NCBI GenBank assembly: GCA_965637545.1
Contig: OZ281496.1
Span: forward strand, 2,480,001 to 2,544,000
Length of the DNA stretch: 64,000 nucleotides
Source of the DNA: Phallusia mammillata
Taxonomy: Eukaryota
Direction: 5' to 3'
The position numbers and the translations under genes were made by a program. Shown piece after piece: positions 49,273 to 61,303 of the stretch. How positions within the stretch are numbered: position 1 is the first letter of the stretch; each line of letters starts with the position of its first letter. The notes beneath the pieces are model-generated. The model did no database searches. It saw only the letters and a program-made list of their open reading frames with translations, and had not been told where the DNA came from.

Positions 49273-52200
49273 TTACTCGTCGTGCTGCTCGTGCGAATCC
49301 ATTCTCCGACGTTTGGCAGCTGGGCCGCAATATTCTGACGGCTCCGAGTCTTCACACTAAATTAAACATGGGTTGTAGATAGTTCATATTAACCAAGATA
49401 GAAATGAAACGTTTTGTTTATGCAATGCTAGTGTTAATATGCAATAGACATGGCTCTAAACCTAGAGTGCCAAACACAGGGGTCGGAATGGTCAATACAT
49501 GGGGTGATAAGCCTGTCATGGGGTCGCTGAGGTGTAGTCATGGAATGGCTGTACGAAACACTCTAACTTGGGGTATGATAACCATATTTCAAAGAGGTGT
49601 AAAAATGCGATTGCACCGGGCCTCCAAACAATCAGTACGCACGAATAAACTTGCAGGGCATTTAAGCAAATTTCATGAAAATAATAATAAAATGTTGAAC
49701 CACTGAAATCAGTAAATTGTTACCCAACTTGATGACAAATGTCATGGTTTTGCCAACTTTATCTGGTGATTGCAAAATGGGGTTTAGCAAAAAAATACAA
49801 AAAACTTACTCTTAAAATTTCAAATATGTTTGCGCCACTGCTATAGTTTCTGGTACTGAGCTCAAAATTAAAGCTTGTGAACCTCCTACAACAGTGGTGT
49901 TCAATCTTTTTCACCATACGACCTATTTTAGGAACCCGATGTAACTGACGACACCCAAACATTTTCATCGTTTTTGTCGCAATAAGTAAAATAAAATTTG
50001 AATGTAGGCAAAAATAGTGGTCTGAGTTCTCGCAGCTTTGTTAACCGTACAGTGACAAGTAACAAAGTATTTAAAATCATCATTTTTGATGTCGTCCTGT
50101 TATAATAGGCCGGAATTTGAATATCGAGACATAAAAAAGTTAAGGACTTTTTATTGCATATAAATGTTTTACTTTCGGGTCGCAACCCACAGGTTGAAAA
50201 CCATTGTTTTAGCGATGTTTTAATCGCAACGACAAAAGTTACTTGTAGAACAAGTTTATCTACCTGAGGAGTTTGACTGGTGGAAAGCACACCTGTAACA
50301 TATAAAACTTATGAATTAGTAACATATAAGGGGGACAGATATTCAGAGGTCATTTCAAATCTAACTTACGTTTGGTGGTATCAACGTTCCCTTGAGATCC
50401 TACTATTGATCCTCCGTCAACTATTGCCCCTTCCATGTGAACGTTCTGCTCTTGTTTTCCTTTATTGACTGTGTTTAAATGGCGTTTCAGTTTATTGCTA
50501 ATTTATAAAGTATTTTTTTCTTGCTATAAGCTTTTTTGCTAGTGAACAGTGTTTGTATTTGGTGTGTACATCTTTTCATAAAACTGATGAAATGACATAG
50601 AATTGTTGTCGTAAACTAATCCTAACTTTACTAACACAAGTTTCTGAAACGTTATTTTACCCCAATGAAACTAACAGCTTACTGGTTATAGATACTGCTG
50701 CAACATCTGCTTTTTGTAACTTTTTAGCAAAGGGATTCATAAAAAAAGTTCCTTCATCTCCTTTTCCATAAACAGTTGATTTTCCGTCAGTTGATTTGAT
50801 TAAAATTTTGAATTTGTCGTCTGTCTCTTCACGGTTATTTTGGTAAATTCCTATTTGAAATTCAAAGAGTGGTTTTGTACAAATTTCATATATGTCCAGT
50901 GTCGTTGGATCAGTGTCAAACCCGACAGGGCTCAAAATTTCGAATGATGCCCTTTCCGAACTGAAATAAAAATTGAAAAACTAACAACCCTGCCTCGTAT
51001 TGTGCATCGTATTTTATACCTAATTTTAAATGATCCTTGGTGTACTTCTTTTCTTAGGTAGTCAGAATTTAATAAATGAACAGCAGGAAAGTCGCATATA
51101 GAAACATATAACAACCGCTTTTTTGATTCCTCGGAAATAGACTCGTGGTCAAGCTTACATTTTAGAATTTTAGTTTTCGCCCAAAAATAATCCTTTATTT
51201 TTTCTAAAACATACCTGTAAAAAAATAATTTCATTAAAAAAATGCCAGGACGTTTACAACGACCGATTCTTGCCAGGTAAAATGAGTTGTATTGAACTTG
51301 TGTTTGAAATCACCATTGTAAAAAACGGTTTCAATGTCCTTCCATTTCAAACCATCAACACTTTTTTTTATCTGAAGTGTGACAACAAAGTTAAAAATTA
51401 ACAGTTAAACCAAAAAATTAAAAATTAAATTTAAATGATACCACAATCTGTTGTCGAACTTCCGAAACGTAGCATGTTGGTAAAGTGATAGAAATATCTC
51501 TTTTGAATTTTAAATGATTAGGTTCGCATTTAAGCATTGGAGTCAATTGGTCCTAAGCGAAATTAGAGGTGGTTAACTTTAGTTTACTGACACAAATTTT
51601 GTTTACCGTTTTGCTACGTCTTCCGTAACATGAAGTGAGTTTGATTGTGGTCGGTTGACTCAAAGCATTTTGTGGAATATCAACAATACATCCTCCAACC
51701 GTAAGTGTTGCTCCCTCGGATCCAACAATTAACGACTTAGTTTCAAAAAACTCGTAGTCGTCCTAACAAAACACAGCATTTTTTACAATATGCTTTTAGC
51801 TTGGTACACATTTATTGAATGAATAATAGTGTTCTGGATAAAACGTGGTGCTAACTAATTATAGCGCATTAAACATTTTTTATGGAAATAGCAAACTAGA
51901 AACAAAATCAAGCACACAACGGTCCTTAAAAACAGAAAGTTAAAAAAAACTTACCCGGTGTTTCAGCAACTCCAGTTTTGGTTTAATAATTTTCATCACA
52001 TCAGCAGGCAAGTTGCCAGATTTTTCATAATTTTGGCGATCTTCTATATTGTACAAACAAGTCGCAATGTGCTCACCACCTTCGTTGCCAAACAAATTTT
52101 CTCCCACATCAAAATATCTCATCTAGCAAGACAAGTAGATAAGAAACGTGTTTGGAACAGGACATAGCCGAATTACACATATACGAGTAACATTCAAACA

Positions 52201-55200
52201 AGTTATATTGTAGTATTTTCTGACTGAAAGCGATTGATAAAAAATAATGATACAGAAAGTTTACTATTAAAGCCAAGTTAATGGACGTACCTAAACTTTA
52301 CGCAACAAAGCAATTGTGCATATTAAATAGTTGAATCCCGAGAGCTAAAATTGAGTTTAACAGAGTTGAAACTCAATATAAATTTGACAACTTACTAAAA
52401 CCTACGTGAAACCAAACCAAAAAGCCGAGTACGATTTGCACTTTTTGCGTACCGGGTATGGCCTTTTGTAGATGGCTGATGACAATTTGATTATCCCACT
52501 ATCAGTTATGAAACAGTTTTGGAGACAAAGTTCATCAATGTTGTGTATGCAAGATGCTAAATATTTTGCTCCGTCATCTTTTACTTGATTCCACTCGAGC
52601 GATAATCTTTCCATCTGAAAAGTCAATGTCCAAAAATGTTAACCTTTATATGTAAATTATGTTGGTGTTTTCAGTAAATATCAAAACAAAACGAATATTC
52701 AAAGTACAAGAAATTTGAAACAAACTAAATCGTAAACGACAAAAAAATCGTTTTATAGCTTTCCCGATAAACGAAGTGCGTTGAAAAGTAATATTATTAT
52801 AGTTGACTATTTGGTGACATATTTAAAAAATATTTAGGGTTTTCGGAGAAGAATTTTAACTTTTAGGCGTATTTGTGGGGGAAAATCATGTTTCTGGATG
52901 AAGGTACAATATTTTGCTATGAATAACAAAAGCTTTAAAGTTGAATTTTTGAAAAAAAGAATTCAGCAGTGAAAAGGTTAAAACCAGCCCTGCAGAAAGC
53001 ACTCTAATTGAAACTGTTTAAATAATCGGCAAACTTCCGAAGCAACCGAAATTCTTAAATTTTATCAATTGAAGAAATTTGGTTTCATCACTGCTTGTTT
53101 TATCGCACTGCAAGTTTCAAAAAACAGTACGACTAAACAACGAGCGAATTTAAACCAAATACACTTACCCACCCTATAACAATGGATTCAACTGAGTCAT
53201 ATCGCTCCATGGTTTAGGCCAGTGGTTCCCAAACTATGCGCCGCGGCACACTGGTGTGCCGCGAGATGTCATTAGGTGTGCCGCAAAAAATATGGAAATT
53301 AAAATCAATCAAGTAGAGTAGCAGTACCAGGTGCTTAGACCACTAGGCCAACATGCTCCACGTCTCTGAGATGTTCAACTAGGCTATTTAACTATGAGAG
53401 TGACCTGTATAGCGGCTTTATGACTTTATAGTCAGTGCCTTTGTCAACATATGTTTTATTCAAATGTTCGAAGTGCGCCAAATATTTTTTGTTTTTTCTA
53501 AAATGCGCCTTAAAAGAAAAAAGTTTGGGAACCACTGGTTTAGGCCAACACGGTTAATAATAATAAACAGAGTTGCCCTATGACGAGGAAAACGGACATT
53601 TTGGAACGAAAACCAAAAATGTGCGAAACCGGTTAATCGTAGTTGATTTATAAGGTATTTTGGTGCTTTGTTTTCCGTGACCTTAAAATTAATGTAAACA
53701 CCAAATATCAGAAATACTTTTATGCAGCAGACGGCCATTTGAGGACAAATAAAAAATAGTTAAAATGACATGCTACACATCCGAAAAATGACTGTGTCAT
53801 ACCTTTTGCTTTGGGCGGTTATGAGCAACAGTTAAGTCCAAATTTACAATTTTTAAGCGTTGTTTGACAAACAAAAAACGCTTAGTAAATTTTCGTCCGA
53901 TGACCACCAAAGAACACAACAACCAATGAGATTCACACTAAAATTCAAAGCTTTTCGTATTAAACAAGGCGACTAGTGGTCTGCATGTTAGGTTCATTGC
54001 GTGATGAGAGCGATCTTACGTCGTCAAATGCGTGATACGATATTTCGATAGTGCCACACCGATTTTTTTTTATAAGAAGCATCCTTCTAGGTATTGTGTT
54101 TGTAGCTAATCTTTCCTGTGTGAATTTGAGACAATTTATGTTCTTGGTCCAAGCTAGTTCATTTGGATTTAGATCAAGAAGCGCGATGCATTTACAAACA
54201 AAGTTTACAAAATTACCGGCTTGGTCCGATCGCTGATGGCTGATGACAGGGCTTTGGTGCCCCTGCTCGTGATTCCACAATCCCGAAGTCCAAGTCGGTC
54301 AATAAAATGGATGCAAGTAGCTAAGACTTTCGCTCCACCATCTCTAATCGGATTGCGCGCCAGCTCCAATTTGTCCATCTATGGGGCAATTGTATGTTAA
54401 CGGCTTTATTAATGAAACAATTATTAGAATATAAGCTTATATGTTTATATTTAAACAAGCACCCGATTACGCGAGTTTCTCAGTTTACATCTATACCTTG
54501 CTCTCTGTAGTCAAATTTATGACAAATCTCCCGAATAATGCAACAATTCATATTAGTCACCACCCCCTCATCCCGGAACACAGAATTTTAGAAAAAAGAA
54601 TTCAGCAGTGAACGGGTTATAACCAACCCTGCAGGGAGCACTCTAATTGAAACTGTTTAAATAATCAGAAACTTCCGAAGCAACCAAAAACTCTTAAATT
54701 TTATCAATTGAAGACATTTGATTTTATCACTGCTTGTTTTATCGCACTGCAAGTTTCAGACAAAGTACGACTAAACAACGAGCGAATTTAAACCAAATAC
54801 ACGTACCAGAGGGGTGACTAATATGAACTGTAGCATTACGTTATAGTGTTACAACTTTAGATGGTTTTCAACTTTCGTGTAATTCTTAGCAAGGGGGCAT
54901 GTAGTCATAGACATAAACTTATATATTTGTAATATCACTGAAGTTTAAACGATTTTATAATATGCTTTAAGGTTTTGTAATAAAACTTGATATGATAGTG
55001 TAGTTCTTTGAGAATGGGATGAATCGTAGAAAATTTAAATCATTTGTATACACGTTGAAAACCAACGCCTACCGAGTTTGTCCGTTTGCTGATGGCTGAT
55101 GCCAACGCTTTAATACCACTGCTAGTAATTCCACAACGTTCAAGGTCAAGTTTTTTAATGTTATGTACGCAAGTTGCCAACTCTTTCGCTCCATCATCCT

Positions 55201-58200
55201 CGATAGGATTGAAACAAAGGGACAACTTCTTAATCTGTAAATCATTTCATAGTTACGTATTAGAGATTGTTGTCTTATTGAAGTTATACACTTAATTTCT
55301 TAAAATGCAGCAAATTCACTGATCAGTAAAAATATTGACTACCACAGCAGGATTGATGTAAGATATTAGAAATTATTTTTGTCAAAATCGTTTGGCCTGT
55401 GAACAAAAAGTCCCCACCTAAGTAAACTTAAATATATCAAAGTCACAGATTGAAACTTAAGTAGAGGGGAAGTAATAAATTCTTAGGATTTTGTACCTGG
55501 GAAACCCATCGTTTTAAAAATCGTTTGCGGGTCACCACTTGTGTGAAACCTTGCGAATTACTGTAATGAGCGCAACAAAGCTAACGGGTCGTACAGTGTG
55601 TAAACAGCAGTTTGTACCCTGTACCGTATCGTCTATATACAGAACACGGGAAATAATTTTGCTCTTTCCGTCAATGAGATTTGATAAAAGATAATTTATT
55701 GTTGGACGTTTGGTCAGATCAAATCCTCCCTTCTATAAGTCAACAACGCCAAACTGTCGTATAAAAGTCGACCGACAAGCGTTTTTTTTTTACGGACCAG
55801 AGCTGTTGTTCCGCCATGTAAAAATATCCATAGGTGTGTTTTACTGTGTTCATTTCATCATACGCAGCAACTTTCGATTTTACACTAACGTGGGAGAGGA
55901 CAAATATTTGTTTTTACTGGAACTCCACTCCAGGGCCGCTACAATCAACACGGTCGCTTATCTGGGGGAAATGAGTATCTATAAATCTTTTACCGACGTT
56001 GGACCTCGTAACTTATTTCGGGTTTCTGTTGATTACAAGCAGAACGGTTGAATTTGGTGTAAAAAGTTGTGTGATCGGGGAGCTCGTGCGTTATGATGAA
56101 TTGACCAATTGACCGACTTTTTTACCATTGTCACAGAGAAATGACGATATGCAAATTGTTCATTACGTTGTACTAGGTTATGTCGCTGGGAGTGACTTGG
56201 ACACTGAGAGCGGGGCTTTGGGGTAAAGTTTTGTGTTTGCGTATAGTTTTGTTATTGTTGGACATGCTTTTTTTGTTAGGTACAAAACCTTGACGAGATA
56301 GGCAAAATGGATAGTACATAATAAATATATCAAGTGTCATGGTTGCGGGACTTGCGTTTGTGGTCACAGTTGTCATTTTTAACAAGCAGCCGTTTTTCCA
56401 CTGGACTTGACCGGAAGTTTCTTATCCTAAGCATGTGGGCAAACATACAATTGACCGGGTAAAATATTTGGAACGTTAGATTCCTCTTCGATGAATTAAA
56501 CACCGCGAAATGTGATTGCCCGCCACTGTTTTGTACAGTTCGTGCGACTCAGCCGTGGCATAGCTGTTTGAGCAGTTTGTAATAAAACTGCAAGGACTAC
56601 CATTGTAATACAGTGTTTTGTCAGCAAAAGTCAGTTTGCCGAAAATATAACATTTGGGGTTTATCACTATTGACTGCAATGTGTCCAAGTTCTCATTTGA
56701 CTCTTTGAAACTTGACTACGGGTTGATTAAAAAGTTATCACTTGGACGAATCAAAATCAGCGATGATAAAGAAGCTTTACCCTATTTAATTTGTAAAATA
56801 GCTGGTAGTAAAATTAAAAAGATTTCATAAACGTGTTATTAACTAAGACAGTTTGCGAATTTATTGATATAGTATTAAAAACTTTTTCAATTTAAATATG
56901 CTTGCTTGTTGGCAAAAGAATAAGCACGATTACCCAGCTTTGGTCAAATGAACAAATGAAAAAAAGTCAAATTTTTTAATACGTTAGGTATCTAGTGCGA
57001 AACACGATTCTTACTGGATTCGGTCGCTTGCTGATCGCCGAGGACAATGCAACAATGCTTTCGCTAGTGATGTCACAATCCCAAAACAAGAGCTGATCAA
57101 TATTATGTATACAGTTAGCAAATGCTTCTACATCGTGGCATTGAAGTGAACTGCTGTTGAACAATATTTTTTGTATCTGTAAAGCAATGATATAATTTGA
57201 ACTTACTACTTGTTACAGAAACAATAAAAACACCTGAACATAAGTGACTGGTCAGCAGTAAAGTTTACGAACGAGTTTCAGCGTCTTCATTTTAAATTGC
57301 TGTGATCAAAAATCATAAAGCACGATTTTTGGTAAATTTTAGATTTTTGAATAGAACGTGTTGTCAACTAGAAAGGTGGCGATCCTATATAGTTCCAGAA
57401 ACAATCTACAAACATAAAAAACCGAAAACACATGTGTTCATGCGAATTAGTTGCGGTAAAAAAATGGTGCAAATATTAACCCAAAGTTATAACAGTTTTG
57501 TCCACTTTCGTTTTACTACATTATATTGTCAAATATTTAGGTAAGTAGTTAAAAAAAAAAAGTTCTTCCAATACTCTTGGAATTTTACTCTGTAGCTTTG
57601 ATCTCAATTTAGCTGTCTAGAACCAGTTATGTTAAAATTTCCTAAAAAAACATTTTTCACTTTAATGTTATTCAACAACGTTTTGTCTGACATTTATCGA
57701 GTTCAAATCAAGCCTAAAGTATGAAACCTTCGCCAAAACTAAAAACGCACATGCTAACCAAATAAAACCATATAGCATTGCTGCGCAAAAACAGCTGATT
57801 TCAATCATCAAAAAGACTGTCTAGTAAAACGTCTGTTTGAGTTTGAAGCACAGGTCTACCAAGGGAATCACTCTCATGTGATTTGTGTGCTCTGGGGCGT
57901 GAAGGTTTAGCGAACCTTTTTTTTTTTTTGTGCAAATATTGGGGCTGTAAGGGTAACCAACTGGTCCGAACAAGCTAAATTTTTAACACGAAACGCACTA
58001 CAAACAAATGGTCAGCGTTTCAGCACATTAGGAGTTCTGTTTTCCTGAAGCACTGGTAAACCTAAAAACAAATACTTGAGAATAAAGGGGTAAAAATAGA
58101 TAAATTCAACAAATTTTGAGTGGAGCACTTTGGGTGAATAACTAACAGGTGTGTGAAGTTTTGTTTATAGTTGTTTGGTATCGGTTTAGTTCTACTTGCT

Positions 58201-59769
58201 TACTGGTTTGTTTAGGTTTGAGATTCCTTCAGCAAGATGTTGAATGTCTTCAGTTTTGATTTTACAGTGGCGAAATTCCAAACTGTTTACTTTATGCAGA
58301 CAGTTGACGAAGATGTTTAGTGATCCTCGGGGCTACATAAAGTCATAAAAACATACAGAATTATATAGCTTGTGCTTCGCGTACTACTAATTTGTCGTAT
58401 CGTCGCAATTCATATGCACAATATCGTATCAAAAGCGAAACAAACTTAACTCAACAATTTTGATAGCCGCAGCCTAAACAATGGTGTCGCATTTGAAAAA
58501 AATCGTCCAAACTAAGTATTATTTGGTTAACAAACATATTTTCCTTTACAACGCGCCGATAAGCTAAAGCAAAACTGTAAAAATCACTTTTTAAATTAAA
58601 CTTTACAACAGTTTCTCACTTACCAGTATAGAGAGGTTGAGATATAAATCGTGAGATGTTATCGAGTGACAAATCAAATCCGTCAAACCAGTTACCTCTG
58701 AAGTCGACAAAAACGTTTTTTCGTAGCGACCAGTAGTTGAAAATTTTGGATTAACCCTAATCCGCTTTGGAATTTGATCCGCTATTTTACGAAAAATTGC
58801 TTCATTTTGTGCTTCGTACACTAATGAACACCACGTTTTCAGTTGACAAGCCATGTAAGGTTTATAGGAACTGGACAAAATGGTTGTCAACATTCGACTT
58901 CTTTGCATCCATTGTTTGTCTTTGAATAGTTCATAAAATTGTGATTGAATATTAGGATTGAGAAAACCAAACATATGGCGATCGACAGGCAAAGTTTTCA
59001 AAGGAAACTGTTTTACTAAACTGTTTAATTGTTGATTTGACATAAAAACAGCAGCATAAATAGCTGCAAAGTAAAGTTTCCAAACATCATGTGTAAATTC
59101 ATTGCTACAATCCAACAACTCAAATTGAAAGCTGGCTGCCTTGTCATGAAATGTCGATGAAAACATTGACAAATTTTTATACGATTTATCAGATGTAAGC
59201 GACTTTTGAGTTTGATTCCATGCTAAGCGTGCTAGCCCTTCCAAGTTTAAATCTTGATTTTTAAGTTGTTCAGATTTAATAAGCATCGAAAACATTGTTG
59301 TCAATATTTCCGTTTCTGTTTTAAAATCTCTTTTCGGATTTTTGAAAACTACGTAGATGATTATTCTTCGCACGTACTCGTCATCACACGCTTCAAGTAA
59401 AACTCTGCGTTGTTCTAAATACTTGTAAACTTTTTCCCAGTTTTGACCGCATATCTCTTTGCAAACGTCTAGAAGGAGAAATACAAGCTAACTATGTCTG
59501 TGTATGATATGCTCTATACGCTTCGTTTGGCCTAAGCGTTTGTAAAATTGATTTTGTCACATTCTACGTTAGTTATATGAAATGACCATTCGGTATTCAA
59601 TACAAAGTTGTAGCATTAACATGGCGGTTGCGGATCAATTTACACAAACGATTGCCAATTATGTTGCAACTGCATTACAGCTTGTTGATATATTAAACAA
59701 ACTTACGTTCAATGTAATAAAATCTGAGAAAATCAGACGATGTCGGGGCCTGCAAATTCAAAACACAAT
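49273..59769 (-). CDS. NLR-like protein: degenerate NACHT-associated region, LRRs, ZU5-UPA, C-terminal Gly-rich motif
   Basis: Phase-consistent exons: 59769-59707, 59468-58624, 58332-58204, 57176-57015, 55234-55073, 54378-54217, 52614-52453, 52122-51955, 51762-51607, 51552-51442, 51371-51274 (GC donor), 51214-51020, 50960-50683, 50468-50370, 50292-50264, 49356-49273. No internal stops found. Probable further 5' exons up to ATG 61303. Confidence 0.8.
49440..49700 (+). mobile_element. SINE-like 3' fragment
   Basis: GC-richer block ending in an AATAATAATAA tail; similar SINE-like scraps at 47475, 53330 (minus-strand A-box TGGCCTAGTGG) and 63770. Confidence 0.3.
49892..50206. mobile_element. Degenerate hAT MITE (GGGTCGC.ACCC family)
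   Basis: CAGTGGTGTTCAA / TTGAAAACCATTG ends; no clear TSD. Confidence 0.6.
53220..53537. mobile_element. hAT MITE (TGCCGCG family)
   Basis: TIR CAGTGGTTCCCAAAC; exact TSD GTTTAGGC. Confidence 0.95.
54546..54832. mobile_element. TIR MITE; its internal ~210 bp recurs at 52960-53170
   Basis: TTCATATTAGTCACC..CCCC / GGGGTGACTAATATGAA ends; ~90% direct repeat of 54590-54810 at 52960-53170. Confidence 0.7.
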
Positions 59770-60920
59770 CTACGTAAATTTAAGCAATGGGGACAAAAAA
59801 GTTCAGACAAGTGTTAGACGTGTAAAAGCAGCAAATTGACAAGTGGTGACTTTCATGTACATGTGTAATTATATATACTACGCCCATTTAATAACTAGCA
59901 CATAAACCATTTGCTGTAAATACAAAAAATGCACACGTTACATAAATTACATTGGATCCCTACGTCTGGCATAACACAACATAATTGAGAATTTATATAG
60001 TTTTATCTGTCAGTGTTAGTGTTGTTTAAAAGTTGCTGAAACACTATACTCGTGTCCAAAGTTAATTCTAAATAATGCTTCTGCCAGAAATCCTAACAAG
60101 CGTTACACACACTTATTAATTGTTACTTGTTTCACGGGCAACGTATTGTTCCTAATTGCGTTAGGAAATGTATTTCTATGGACCAACAGTTACCTCCTGT
60201 CGTGCGGTAGGCAAAAAGAGAAAACAAAACTATGACTTTTGACGCTTTTACTTTATCACAATCTAATGTATCTTTTGGCCCAAAAACGGAAGTATAGTTA
60301 TTTCACTTTAAGACCAACGTATGGAGAATCGCTTCCTGTAGGCGCATAATTAGGTAACTTCAAACATCTCTATGTCATTGGCACCTACAGTAAAGAACGA
60401 AATAAACAAATCAAACCAAAACACACCTAATACGTAGACATAATTAACTTAAACTTGATGCTGTAGAAGCGAGCCCGTTCTTCGGTCCATGGCTAGAATT
60501 TTCAGATTAAACCAGCGCGATATAAACGTATTGTCTGGCGCGATACTTGGCGTTAAAACACACATTTCGTTACGTTTTTGGGGCTTGTAGGTGAATCAAC
60601 CAATTTAAGCTAAAATTTGCAGAGCACTTCTACAGAAACGTATCGACCATGTTCAAAAATTTTCTTAACTAATATGTAACACGTTTGTCAGAAAAAAAGT
60701 GGTAAAGACATTCAACGCAAAGGACAGACAACGGATACGACAGCATTTTAAAGTCTACCTTGCCCTACGGACATCATCATGCCCTCACATTGGTTTAAAT
60801 GTGAGAATTCTGACATTTAAATGGATTGTGTTAGTCAACTGGTGCATACCAAACTGTAAGTGCCGAGCTGGAAACTGAAAGGTTTTAATGGGTTCTTTCT
60901 TCGCACAGCCACAGCCATTT

Positions 60921-61303
60921 CGTAGAATTTCCGGGACCTGGCCATTTTCTTTCTCTGAAGAGTCCATTGTTTAGATCTTTAAGATTTATAAATGTCAGCT
61001 AATGCATAAATGTTGTTTGCAACATCTCAAATTTGAATATCTCTTACTTCTCGACTGATACTCCCCACCGTTCTTCTATCGTGTTCCAGAGTAGCTGGTT
61101 TGAAGGACGTATCTTAATGACACCCATTGTTAATTATTTGGTATTGCGATGCAACAAACTCGATAACTTCCAAACAAATAATAAATAATTAACGAGGCCT
61201 GTTTGTACATACTTGATAATGTTAATAAAAATGCTTTCAAACGTTTCAAAGTTAGTCTTTTTATGTCTTCTATAGCTTTGTCAAAATCCGTCACAAAAGC
61301 CAT
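60921..61303 (-). CDS. Probable 5' coding exons of the NLR-like gene
   Basis: Exons 61303-61213 and 61112-61048 splice in phase (MAFVTDFDKAIEDIKRLTLKRLKAFLLTLSNTSFKPATLEHDRRTVGSISRE), next acceptor at 60998. The link to exon 59769 is not resolved. Confidence 0.45.

Noticed and set aside
51205-51257. GT donor at 51257, or a homopolymer frameshift at 51236-51242, to join the UPA exons
   Set aside because: The GT donor gives a 43-nt intron and a stop 15 codons later; read-through would translate a T-rich polypyrimidine tract. The GC donor fits better but still needs RNA evidence.
58380-58480. Extra coding exon between 58624 and 58332
   Set aside because: There is a plausible acceptor but stops in all three frames, and the flanking exons already join in phase 0.
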